A stretch of 64,000 nt of DNA from Candidatus Cloacimonadales bacterium (GTDB lineage: Bacteria > Cloacimonadota > Cloacimonadia > Cloacimonadales > JAFGVF01). The number at the start of each line of letters is the position of its first letter. Within the stretch, counting starts at the first letter, position 1. The stretch lies in the NCBI GenBank assembly GCA_963667035.1, contig OY762964.1, positions 2,272,001-2,336,000 of the forward strand. The letters run 5' to 3'. Positions 32,666 to 42,285 of this stretch are shown here, piece by piece. The notes under the pieces are model-generated. The model saw nothing but the letters and a program-made list of their open reading frames with translations. It made no database searches and was not told where the DNA came from. The position numbers and the translations under genes are program-made.

Positions 32666-32838
32666 CTCTCTTTACACGTCATTTTCGAAGTATTCTATCT
32701 GCTAATTCATTATAAGATTGCATTTATGAACTAATATAGTAAACATAATAGTCATCAATTAATTAAAATACATTAATATTGTATTTGACAAATATGTATA
32801 TGAGTTCATATTTATCTCCAAACAATTAGGAGGTTTCT

Positions 32839-34872
32839 ATGAAGTCATTAACAATGTTTCTATCATTAATTGCCTTAGTAATGTTAGTCTCATGTTCTAA
32901 ACAAAGAGAAGGCATTTTTTCTCTACGGGATACTAGTGATAGCAAAAACTTAAAAATTACAAAAAGTACAATAATCACTAATTCTCAGCAAGGTTATAAC
33001 ACATTAATGTTTAATAGTGCTGATATTAGTTATTCAGGTAACTCAATACTATTTATCAAGTCTCTTTTAACTAATTCAAATTACAATGTTATAGCATTAA
33101 CATACAATGGTACTATAGCACTAGGAAATGATTACCTAGAAATTCCGGAAGGTAAAACTTTGGTAGGAAATCGTAGTACAACACTTTCATTCAATATTGC
33201 ATCCAGTGCAGCCATTAGATTAAACAATAACTCAAGATTATCAGGATTTAACCTCATTAATATTAATAATACAAATGAATCTGTAGGAGTTACACTTGAT
33301 AGTTGGAGTACTACTATATATTCATATATTGAATATTGTAGTGTGTTGAATTTCAGACACACAGGAATGGGAATTCAAAACGGTTCGATTCACCATTGCT
33401 ATTGTGATGGAGCAAACCAATACGGATACGGGTATTCTATATTAGTAGGTAATATGAACCCAACTAATGAGAATATTGCTCTAATATACAATAACTACTT
33501 TGATGATTTTCGACATGCAATAGCTTCAAATGGGAGAAATCAATGTTCATATAATGTCTATAACAATGTGTTCGGACCTACTAAATTAAGTCATGCTGTT
33601 GATATGCATGGAGAGTATCATCACATACTGAACTCTACGGCTATTTATGCAGGAGGGACAATGGATATTCATAACAATTACTTCGAATATTCTAGTAACT
33701 ACTCCCATGTAAACATAAGAGTTAGAGGACTACCTCACAATTATTGTAGAATACACAGTAATGTGTTTGAGATGCCAAGTGTTTATGATTCTAAGTTTGT
33801 ATTCAGACAGAGTTATGACTACAATGCTACTTACAATCATGATTGGTTAAATGCCAGACCTCCCTTTGGTAATGTTATGCTAGAAAATAATACTTACGCA
33901 AACGGAGTAAATTCTGACTTTGTATATGTACTTTGGCAATCTAACAATGATAACACTCCAATGCCTATTGCTAATATCTGGAATGACAGATCATTCTCAA
34001 ATATCGAATTTCAGAGATTTCTAGAAGATAGTGCAGTTATGTTAGATGCAGATGGCACAAATTGGGAAACACTTACCTTTGAAAGAGATATATCAGGTTG
34101 TATGATGGGAAATAGGTCAGATAACTATAACTGGTATAATTCAAAAAATACAAATCTTTCAAGACAATCTTTAAAGTATGGATATATAAATAGTGACGAG
34201 CAGATGGATGTCATTGTTATAAACTATAACAATGTTTATGTTTCTTATGCCAATACTTCTACAGTAACATGGAATGGAAGATCTATACCATATCCGACAT
34301 TCAGCTCTTTGTATTATTGTATTGAAGGAAATTCAATGAACATTAATTCTATAGATGATATTGCAATTTCGGATTTTAACGGAGATGGATTATCAGACCT
34401 TTTTACTCAAGATAATGGAAGTTGGTATGTAGCTTTGAACAATAACGGGAGCTTTAGTAACTGGTCTTGGTTTGGAGGTTCAGGAATTGATGTCTCAAAT
34501 CTAGGATTTGGAGACTTTAATGGGGATGGAGCTACTGATATTCTATCTCAATGGAATGACAAATGGCATGTTTCATTGACTAACATGAATACTGTGAGGT
34601 CAACCGGGTGGTATGATTTCGGATTATCTGGTATCACTCCTGCAAATCTGGTTTTTGGAGATGTTAATCATGATGGAAGAGATGATATTATTAGAACTGA
34701 TGGTAGTTATGTCTATACCTCAAATACTAACAGTAATAATCCACCATATTCAACAGCTTGGAATCAGTTATATTCAGGAGATATAAATGAAATTAATAAT
34801 ATTAATAAAGTTCAAGTAATTGATCTTGATGGTAATGGAAACGATGATATTTTGATATACCAAGTCAACTAG
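32839..34872 (+). CDS. Lipoprotein with right-handed beta-helix and FG-GAP/VCBS repeats
   Basis: Lipobox MLVSC; IYNNYF/VYNNVF/IHNNYF repeats; DFNGDGLSD, GDFNGDGATD, GDVNHDGRDD, DLDGNGNDD. Confidence 0.8.
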   Translation: MKSLTMFLSLIALVMLVSCSKQREGIFSLRDTSDSKNLKITKSTIITNSQQGYNTLMFNSADISYSGNSILFIKSLLTNSNYNVIALTYNGTIALGNDYLEIPEGKTLVGNRSTTLSFNIASSAAIRLNNNSRLSGFNLININNTNESVGVTLDSWSTTIYSYIEYCSVLNFRHTGMGIQNGSIHHCYCDGANQYGYGYSILVGNMNPTNENIALIYNNYFDDFRHAIASNGRNQCSYNVYNNVFGPTKLSHAVDMHGEYHHILNSTAIYAGGTMDIHNNYFEYSSNYSHVNIRVRGLPHNYCRIHSNVFEMPSVYDSKFVFRQSYDYNATYNHDWLNARPPFGNVMLENNTYANGVNSDFVYVLWQSNNDNTPMPIANIWNDRSFSNIEFQRFLEDSAVMLDADGTNWETLTFERDISGCMMGNRSDNYNWYNSKNTNLSRQSLKYGYINSDEQMDVIVINYNNVYVSYANTSTVTWNGRSIPYPTFSSLYYCIEGNSMNINSIDDIAISDFNGDGLSDLFTQDNGSWYVALNNNGSFSNWSWFGGSGIDVSNLGFGDFNGDGATDILSQWNDKWHVSLTNMNTVRSTGWYDFGLSGITPANLVFGDVNHDGRDDIIRTDGSYVYTSNTNSNNPPYSTAWNQLYSGDINEINNINKVQVIDLDGNGNDDILIYQVN

Positions 34873-34979
34873 ATAAAGTAATGAATTGAAAAACCTTAGC
34901 AATAGCTGAGGTTTTTTCTTGCCAATTAAATATATTTGATAATGATATGGTTATTTTGAGGGATAAAAGGAGAAAGAAA

Positions 34980-35678
34980 ATGAATCCACTATCAAAACGT
35001 CTCGGAGCAGAGTTTATCGGGACATTCTGGCTAGTTTTCGGTGGTTGTGGTAGTGCTGTTCTGGCAGCTGCATTCCCTTCATTGGGTATAGGCTTTGTCG
35101 GAGTTTCATTAGCATTCGGTCTAACAGTTTTAACTATGGCTTATGCAATAGGACATATCTCAGGTTGTCATCTTAATCCTGCAGTATCTTTTGGATTATG
35201 GGCAGGAGGTAGATTCTCAATCAAAGAATTGATTCCTTATATTATTGCTCAGGTTGTAGGGGCTATTGCTGCAGGAGGAGTATTATATCTTATAGCATCC
35301 GGTAAACCCGGCTTTGAAATAGGAGGTTTTGCTTCAAACGGTTTCGGTAAGCTTTCTCCAGGTGGATATAGTATGATTTCAGCACTATTAATCGAGATTG
35401 TTCTAACAGCTTTCTTTCTGATTATAATTATGGGTGCAACTTCTAAACGTGCACCGGTTGGTTTTGCTCCTATTGCCATAGGCTTGGGATTAACACTAAT
35501 CCATCTGATTAGCATTCCCGTTACAAATACATCCGTTAATCCTGCAAGAAGTACAGGAGTTGCTCTGTTTGCAGGTGGCGAATATATTGGTCAGCTTTGG
35601 TTATTTTGGATTGCTCCGATAGTTGGTGGAATTCTTGGTGGTATAATATATAAGCTAATTGGCAATAAAGCAGATTAA
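34980..35678 (+). CDS. aqpZ: Aquaporin Z
   Basis: [17 protein letters not shown], two NPA motifs; start ATG 34980. Confidence 0.97.
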   Translation: MNPLSKRLGAEFIGTFWLVFGGCGSAVLAAAFPSLGIGFVGVSLAFGLTVLTMAYAIGHISGCHLNPAVSFGLWAGGRFSIKELIPYIIAQVVGAIAAGGVLYLIASGKPGFEIGGFASNGFGKLSPGGYSMISALLIEIVLTAFFLIIIMGATSKRAPVGFAPIAIGLGLTLIHLISIPVTNTSVNPARSTGVALFAGGEYIGQLWLFWIAPIVGGILGGIIYKLIGNKAD

Positions 35679-35718
35679 ATAACAAGGGCTCAAAAGAGCC
35701 CTAATTTATATCTATTAA

Positions 35719-37182
35719 TTATTTATCTTTTCTTACAGCATCATAGATTGTAACTGCAGGATAATACATACCTGTCTTTGATAGTAACTGTTGTGAGAGA
35801 TTCTTACCGGGATTAATTGGAATCTCTAATAGTTCCGGTTTATTATAATTAACAACTTCTCTCATCAATCTAGGATTAAATGGTGTTCGGTTCTTAGCTG
35901 GAACTGAGTTGCAAATTATGAAAAGTTCTCTACTGTTATAAGGAACTACTGTATCGACAACATGATCAAAAGTTCTTATGCTTTTTGCCTTTGACACACA
36001 ATAATACAGGTCGCTATAGAGTTTATCAATATAGTATATTCCTATTTCTTTACATAGTTTCAGATTGTTATCAAGCCATTTTTCAACTTCTTTGTTAACA
36101 TATGCAGAGTTTGGGAAACCAAGTATACCTGATATAGCTTTAACAGTATTAACTCTCATTCCGCGACGGTGGCGTCCTCTAAGCTCCTCTCCTGTAATAC
36201 CGCTTATATCTACTTTACCTGACATTCCTGATTTTCTTATTGCTTCCAATATTCTAAGATCATTCTCCATGGGTGAATCTATATTCTTTTCAACGGAATC
36301 TACGAAATCTTCATCAAGGAGATCTCTCTGACAGTTTATTGTTCTATGAGGTAGATTCATGATTCCACACAACTCTTTGCTAATGGTAGTTTCATCTTCA
36401 CCATGAGAATATCTTAAAGTGTAGCAATTCAAATCACTATTGCTATCAACAGAGCTTAACAGGATTCTGCTATCCCATCCTGCTGTCACTCCTAAAATTA
36501 CATCATTTCTATTTCGACAAGCTCTAATATAATCCTTAAGCATTTGTGATACAACAGGAACTGCTTCCGCTAATTCTAGTGGTTGTAGTTTCTTATTAGG
36601 GAAAAAGCGAATCTCGACTCGCTTTTTAACATCAAGATAGTGATTAGTTGATAATCTGAATAAATGCCTCCATCCAGTATTCATACCCGGACAGCAGCCT
36701 TCTCTCTTTCCTCTTCCTGTTGTGACAGCTTCTCTGTAAGAAGGATTCACGCATGGAGTAAGGTTGAAAAATACCTTTCCCAGTTGAGGGTCCGAAACTA
36801 TATTGATGCTATCACCGTTATAATTGTAAAAAACTGATTTTAAAGCATGCAAATCATTAAATATCTTAATATCATCACCATTCCTCCAGACAACAACGTA
36901 TACACCTGCAGTAGGATAAGTGTTAACAATGAAGTCATCTACAGAGGATGAATTTAGGTACTTCTCAATAATCTCCAAATTTGAGAATTCAGGATTATTA
37001 TAGTCATACCAATCTCCTAATAGTAAGACTTCCTGATTACCTTTAGAAAATTTGGTAACATGAAGGTCGCGACCGGATAGCACTCTTAGAGCTCCGATTT
37101 GCTCCTCGCAAAAGCTTTCGGGAAAACTCATTTTACCGGTTGTAAGTATAAACTGCTTTTCGTAAACAACATTGGAATTCAT
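35719..37182 (-). CDS. Asparagine-synthetase-like ATP pyrophosphatase domain protein
   Basis: GVTAGWDSRILL PP-loop, ISGITGE, PYNSRELF; GGAGG RBS before ATG 37182. Confidence 0.65.
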   Translation of the reverse strand: MNSNVVYEKQFILTTGKMSFPESFCEEQIGALRVLSGRDLHVTKFSKGNQEVLLLGDWYDYNNPEFSNLEIIEKYLNSSSVDDFIVNTYPTAGVYVVVWRNGDDIKIFNDLHALKSVFYNYNGDSINIVSDPQLGKVFFNLTPCVNPSYREAVTTGRGKREGCCPGMNTGWRHLFRLSTNHYLDVKKRVEIRFFPNKKLQPLELAEAVPVVSQMLKDYIRACRNRNDVILGVTAGWDSRILLSSVDSNSDLNCYTLRYSHGEDETTISKELCGIMNLPHRTINCQRDLLDEDFVDSVEKNIDSPMENDLRILEAIRKSGMSGKVDISGITGEELRGRHRRGMRVNTVKAISGILGFPNSAYVNKEVEKWLDNNLKLCKEIGIYYIDKLYSDLYYCVSKAKSIRTFDHVVDTVVPYNSRELFIICNSVPAKNRTPFNPRLMREVVNYNKPELLEIPINPGKNLSQQLLSKTGMYYPAVTIYDAVRKDK

Positions 37183-37255
37183 TATAACTCCTCCCAATTC
37201 TTTCCTGATTCTACAACTAACTACAAGTTTTTCTCCGTTAACTGAGTACTACTTG

Positions 37256-37271
37256 TGCAAAATGCGTTCCG
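37256..37271 (-). promoter_or_regulatory. Candidate sigma54 (-24/-12) promoter
   Basis: Minus strand CGGAACGCATTTTGCA = GG-N10-GC with TTGCA, about 75 nt upstream of ATG 37182. Confidence 0.55.
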
Positions 37272-37659
37272 AAATCAGTTAAACTTATAATGCTATCAAC
37301 AATTAAAATACAATAATTATTCTCATATAAAACAACTATCTTTAATGTATATAACCTATATGTTAATAACATCTATACGCTCTACATAGTTAATTTTAAC
37401 CTTTATATCCTAACACAACTTCGACATAATATTTCTTATAAGCGTAGAGATTATGTCAATTAAATTTTTATTATCTTAGTATTTAATATTTCTTATATTG
37501 GATATCTACTTTTAGTGAAGTACCTAGTTCGAAAAGCCAAAAAGAAACAATATAATGGTAATACTAATCAGAATCATTACTGAAACAGTAATTATTAGAA
37601 AAAGCTTTACTTCTCAAACCAAACAAAAATAATTAGTCAAATAACTAATTTGGGGTAAT

Positions 37660-39546
37660 ATGAAAAAAGCAGTAGTAGTTTTGGGGTTATTACTGATTAT
37701 TATTTCTTTATTCTGTTTGAATAAAGCTGGAGAAAGAGAGGCAATTTTACACATTGTTGACAATCCAGATTATCAATCGAAACTCTTAGACATGCTTGAC
37801 CAAGCTAATCCTAAAGATTATATATATTTTGAGCAAGTTGACAAGCTTATTCCTGAAGCAATAAAGAAGCATGATTATCCAACAGCTTTAAGCCTTCATT
37901 TAATAACATTTGCACATCATTTGGATCATGACCCGCCGACTGTTGTAGATAGCTTGGCAAAGAGTATAATAAAGTTATATGAAACAAGCAATTCAGAATG
38001 GAAAGAGTTTGAGAAGATAGGCAAAATGGGGCAAGTGTATCATAGTCTTGAGATGATTGATAAGGCTTATGAGAACTATTTAAAATCAATCAGATTTTTT
38101 GACGATAAAAAGGACTCAAAAGATTTACTCTATACTACTTTTTCGAAAGCCGGATATCTAGCAAGATTGTTAGGAGATGTAGAAAGTGCAGAAAACCTCT
38201 CCAGAAGAGCTATAGAACTGATAAAAGAATCAGGTAATGATGCTCGTTTAGGTTATGAGTATAACAATCTGGGAAATGTTTATTTAGATCAGAAAGACTT
38301 GGATAAAGCATTAGAGTATTATCAGCGTTCTCTGAAGTATAAGATTAAAACTGGTGAAAAGCAAAAGATTGGAGCTGCATATAACAATATTGCACTCATT
38401 CAGTATGAAAGAGGGGATATTAAAGGATGTCTGGATAATCTTAAACTGGCTGTCTCATACTATGAGTTAACTGAAAATGAAAAAGAAGCACTAATTACAA
38501 CTTATCAAAATATTTGCCAAGTATATCATGAAATCGGAGATAATGAGAAGTCTATATATTATGGACGTTTAGCTATTAATACAGCTCAAGAGAGTAATTT
38601 ACCGATAATTGAGTCTTGGTCTGTTTATACACTCGAAGAGGTTTATAGAAATATTGAAGATTATAAGCAAGCTTATAATCTTTCATTAAGACATAGAGCT
38701 TTGAAAGATTCTTTGTTTAAAGCAGAGATGACTAAAAATATTGCTGAAATGAAAGCTGAATTTGATTTGTTTGAATCGGAGAAGAAGCAAGAACTTCAAG
38801 CAGTCCGTATTAGAAGGCAATATATTATTATTATCGGAGCTTTAATAATTGTTATAGGATTAGTAATAATTGTATCTCAAGGGATAAGAAACTCTAAAAA
38901 CCAGAAGAAGAACATGTTTGCTTTACAGAAAGAGCAGGAACGCTCTGAGAAGCTATTAGCAAACGTTCTACCCGGAGATATTATAGAAGAGATAAAAGCC
39001 CAAGGAAAGTCTCATCCACGCCTTTTTCATAATGTAGCTGTACTTAACATTGATATTGTTGATTTTACTAAATTAGCTGACACTACCAATCCTGATGTTC
39101 TTTTCAGTAAGATAAACTCGGTGTTTACAAGTTTTGACGATATAATTAGTAAGAACCAATGTCAAAGGATTAAAACTTCAGGAGATGCTTATCTTGCAGT
39201 TTCAGGGATGTTCAATAAGACTTGTAACTTTAGACAGAACATTCTTAATGCAACAATAGAGATTATGAAGCATGTCGAATGTAATTATCCGGATTTAAAA
39301 CTTAGAGCCGGTATCTCATGTGGGAACGTCGTCGGTGCAGTTGTAGGGAGTAAAAACTTTATATATGATATTTTTGGTGCAACTGTCAATACAGCTTTCA
39401 GATTACAGGAAGGAGCTGAACCTGGCTCAATTCTTGTCGACGAAATTGTCTCTGAAGTTGCCGACTCAAACGAATTCTTACTTCTTGATAAAGAATTAGT
39501 TATAAAAGATAAACAATACAAGGCTAAGTACATAACAGTAAAATAA
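37660..39546 (+). CDS. TPR-sensor membrane class III adenylate/guanylate cyclase
   Basis: Signal peptide, TPRs, TM, DIVDFT, IKTSGDAYL, YDIFGATVNTAFRL. Confidence 0.88.
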   Translation: MKKAVVVLGLLLIIISLFCLNKAGEREAILHIVDNPDYQSKLLDMLDQANPKDYIYFEQVDKLIPEAIKKHDYPTALSLHLITFAHHLDHDPPTVVDSLAKSIIKLYETSNSEWKEFEKIGKMGQVYHSLEMIDKAYENYLKSIRFFDDKKDSKDLLYTTFSKAGYLARLLGDVESAENLSRRAIELIKESGNDARLGYEYNNLGNVYLDQKDLDKALEYYQRSLKYKIKTGEKQKIGAAYNNIALIQYERGDIKGCLDNLKLAVSYYELTENEKEALITTYQNICQVYHEIGDNEKSIYYGRLAINTAQESNLPIIESWSVYTLEEVYRNIEDYKQAYNLSLRHRALKDSLFKAEMTKNIAEMKAEFDLFESEKKQELQAVRIRRQYIIIIGALIIVIGLVIIVSQGIRNSKNQKKNMFALQKEQERSEKLLANVLPGDIIEEIKAQGKSHPRLFHNVAVLNIDIVDFTKLADTTNPDVLFSKINSVFTSFDDIISKNQCQRIKTSGDAYLAVSGMFNKTCNFRQNILNATIEIMKHVECNYPDLKLRAGISCGNVVGAVVGSKNFIYDIFGATVNTAFRLQEGAEPGSILVDEIVSEVADSNEFLLLDKELVIKDKQYKAKYITVK

Positions 39547-39672
39547 GTTTGACAATAACTTCATTTCCTTCTTAAATTGTGAATGAAATTTTTGATTTTT
39601 CTTTGGCATTCTGCTTATCATGCTTAGTATATTGATATAATTAAGGCATGAAAATTAGAAAAGGAGTTATTT

Positions 39673-40047
39673 ATGGAAAGCAAACAAATTTATTACTGTT
39701 CAATATGTGGAAACGTTATCGAAGTACTGCATCCGGGTGCTCCTGCCCTCGTATGTTGTGGTCAGGATATGGAGTTGTTAGAAGAAAAAACTGCTGATTT
39801 TGTTAATGAAAAGCATGTGCCAATTGTTGAAGAAGCAGATGGAGGGGTTCTTGTTAAAGTCGGTTCAACCAAGCATCCTATGTTAGAAAATCACTATATT
39901 GCATTCATAGAAGTTGTAACTGAAAAGCATGTAATGAGAGTTGAATTGAAACCGGGAGATGAACCTGAAGCATTCTTCCCAGTAAAGAAAGAAGATGTTC
40001 TTTATGCCAGAGAATGGTGTAATGTTCATGGACTTTGGAAAGGATAA
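39673..40047 (+). CDS. dfx: Desulfoferrodoxin (2Fe superoxide reductase)
   Basis: CSICGN...CCG, EKHVP, HPM...HYI, CNVHG. Confidence 0.95.
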   Translation: MESKQIYYCSICGNVIEVLHPGAPALVCCGQDMELLEEKTADFVNEKHVPIVEEADGGVLVKVGSTKHPMLENHYIAFIEVVTEKHVMRVELKPGDEPEAFFPVKKEDVLYAREWCNVHGLWKG

Positions 40048-40052
40048 TAGAA

Positions 40053-40235
40053 ATGCCCGATATCAAGGACAAAATTCTCAATATATTTAAGCAATCCTCT
40101 GAGCCAATGAAAGCTGGAGAAGTAGCAAAAAAAGGGAATCTTGACTCTAAAGAAGTTTCTAAAGAGATTACCAAGCTAAAAAACGAGGGATTATTAGAGT
40201 CCCCGAAAAGATGTTATTACCAAGTTAAAGAATAA
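40053..40235 (+). CDS. Small winged-helix protein
   Basis: PMKAGEVA...KEVSKEITKLKNEGLLESPKRCYY; start ATG 40053. Confidence 0.75.
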   Translation: MPDIKDKILNIFKQSSEPMKAGEVAKKGNLDSKEVSKEITKLKNEGLLESPKRCYYQVKE

Positions 40236-40248
40236 GTAAGGAGATATA

Positions 40249-40827
40249 ATGAAAGGCACTAAAACCGCAGAAAATCTTATGAAATCTTTTGCCGGTGAAT
40301 CACAGGCAAGAATGCGTTATCAATATGCTGCAAAAACAGCTAAGAAAGAAGGATACGAAGAGATATCAGCTATCTTCATGGAAACTGCTGAGAATGAAAA
40401 AGAGCACGCAAAAGTATTCTTGAAATTATTACTTGATCACGGTATGGAAGGTGAAGCTATAGACATTAATGCTACATTTCCTGCAGCTTGGTCAAAAACT
40501 GATACTTTAACAAATCTTGAATATGCTGCTAATGGTGAAAATGAAGAATGGACAGAATTGTATCCTGAGTTTGCCAGAGTTGCAGAAGAAGAAGGTTTCA
40601 AAGATGTGGCAAGAGCCTTTAAAATGGTTTCGTTAGTAGAAAAAGAGCATGAAGCTCGCTATCTTAGACTTCATAAGTTTGTTAAAGAACATGAAGTATT
40701 CAAACGTGAAGGTAAAGTATTCTGGAAATGCCGTAATTGCGGTTATATTACAGAAGCTATGGAAGCTCCAACAGTATGTCCTGTTTGTAGCCACCCTCAA
40801 GCTTATTTTGAAGTAACATACAAATAA
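40249..40827 (+). CDS. rbr: Rubrerythrin
   Basis: [31 protein letters not shown]...CPVC. Confidence 0.95.
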   Translation: MKGTKTAENLMKSFAGESQARMRYQYAAKTAKKEGYEEISAIFMETAENEKEHAKVFLKLLLDHGMEGEAIDINATFPAAWSKTDTLTNLEYAANGENEEWTELYPEFARVAEEEGFKDVARAFKMVSLVEKEHEARYLRLHKFVKEHEVFKREGKVFWKCRNCGYITEAMEAPTVCPVCSHPQAYFEVTYK

Positions 40828-40846
40828 CAATAATCTAGGAGGAAAC

Positions 40847-40987
40847 ATGCAAAAATATCAATGTCTCGCCTGCGGATATATATATGATCCGGCTGAAAAT
40901 GATAATGTATCTTTCGAAGACTTACCGGAAGATTGGGTTTGCCCTGATTGCGGAGTCGGAAAAGATATGTTTGAACCGGTTGACTAA
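40847..40987 (+). CDS. Rubredoxin, short 46-aa form (absent from ORF track)
   Basis: [55 protein letters not shown]. Confidence 0.95.
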   Translation: MQKYQCLACGYIYDPAENDNVSFEDLPEDWVCPDCGVGKDMFEPVD

Positions 40988-41049
40988 ACTATAATCAATG
41001 GGCTGTATAAAAGTACAGCCCATTTTTCTAACTTAATTAAGGAGGAAAC

Positions 41050-41496
41050 ATGCAAAACAATTCAGATGTATTTGATATAATGATTGAAAAAGAGAAGGAA
41101 GCTGTAGACTTTTATACACAAATGATGAATGAAGCCAAATTTGATGCTTTCAAAGATACAATTAGGGACTTTATCAAAATGGAAGAGAATCATGTAAAGA
41201 TTATTGAAGATTTCAAAAATAATGGCTTTAAAAATAGAAATGTAAAGGATTTTTCATCTCTTGGATTAAGCTCTGAAACAGATGAAGTAGAACCTATTGA
41301 TGCTTCTTCTTACGAGTCAATATTGCATCAGGCAATCCAAAGAGAGGAAGCCGCTTATCAGCTTTACACTCAATTAATGAATGATATGAAAGGAACTGAA
41401 TACGAAGAGATATTCGCAACTATGGCTAAAGAAGAGAAGAGCCATAAGTTCTATTTCGAAAAATTATATGATGAACAAATTTTGAAGGATAACTAA
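41050..41496 (+). CDS. Ferritin-like diiron protein (rubrerythrin family)
   Basis: Duplicated EKEAVDFY...EENH / EEAAYQLY...EKSH motifs. Confidence 0.88.
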   Translation: MQNNSDVFDIMIEKEKEAVDFYTQMMNEAKFDAFKDTIRDFIKMEENHVKIIEDFKNNGFKNRNVKDFSSLGLSSETDEVEPIDASSYESILHQAIQREEAAYQLYTQLMNDMKGTEYEEIFATMAKEEKSHKFYFEKLYDEQILKDN

Positions 41497-41533
41497 TATT
41501 GTTCTTGGGCTTCTCAAATGAGAAGCCTTTTCC

Positions 41534-41974
41534 TTATAGAATATTGAAGGGATTCTCTGCCCCTGTTTGTAGGTGAGTAGTTGCTTTGGAGACTCCTTCT
41601 CTATTGATTCTAAAAGCTCTTTCATTCTCATTAAAACCGCATTTCTTATAGAAATTCTGATTCCCTTCAGTTGAAGTTAAGTAAAAGTATGTGCCTTGAA
41701 ATTCATCTTTAATTAGTTCCAGCATTGCTCTTCCAATACCTTTTTTTTGATACTTCGGAGAAACTATAACATCAAAGATATTAGTGTAATAGTATCTATC
41801 TGATATTGCTCTTGCAAATCCAATCAACTTATTACCATCACGTGCCACTACATAATATGAGTTATCAAATGCCTGCACTATATCAATGGGAGATTTTCTC
41901 CATCCGACTGAATCGAACAATTCTATAACTTCTTTACTGTTTATGGGACTATTTATTGAATAAGTAATTATCAT
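41534..41974 (-). CDS. GNAT acetyltransferase
   Basis: LIGFARA, DVIVSPKYQKKGIG, FYKKCGF; GGAGGA RBS before ATG 41974. Confidence 0.88.
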   Translation of the reverse strand: MIITYSINSPINSKEVIELFDSVGWRKSPIDIVQAFDNSYYVVARDGNKLIGFARAISDRYYYTNIFDVIVSPKYQKKGIGRAMLELIKDEFQGTYFYLTSTEGNQNFYKKCGFNENERAFRINREGVSKATTHLQTGAENPFNIL

Positions 41975-42285
41975 TATTCCTCCACATCTTTTGAAAAGAA
42001 TAGTACCATTTACTCCGATATCCGTCAAGAAACCTTTTTAGTACTTAGAACTAACTTCGATTAATTAAACTTTATAATATTAAAATCCTATTGCCTTCTA
42101 AACATGCTTAATGACACATATCTTCCCCCACTTATACTACGTGTAATCAGCGTACTAACAACGCGATCGTGGCTTGCCCCTGAGAATACAACTACTGCTT
42201 ACCAATAATAAAGTAATAAAAATCATTCAATTTAAAAGAAAGATTGACATTTCTATATTCTCAATAATCTAAAGTTGAGGTTATT

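Noticed and set aside
35719..37182. Lasso peptide cyclase cluster
   Set aside because: No B1/B2 proteins or precursor peptide visible nearby
39604..39620. Sigma54 promoter for dfx (TGGCAT...)
   Set aside because: No GC at the -12 position (GG-N10-AT)
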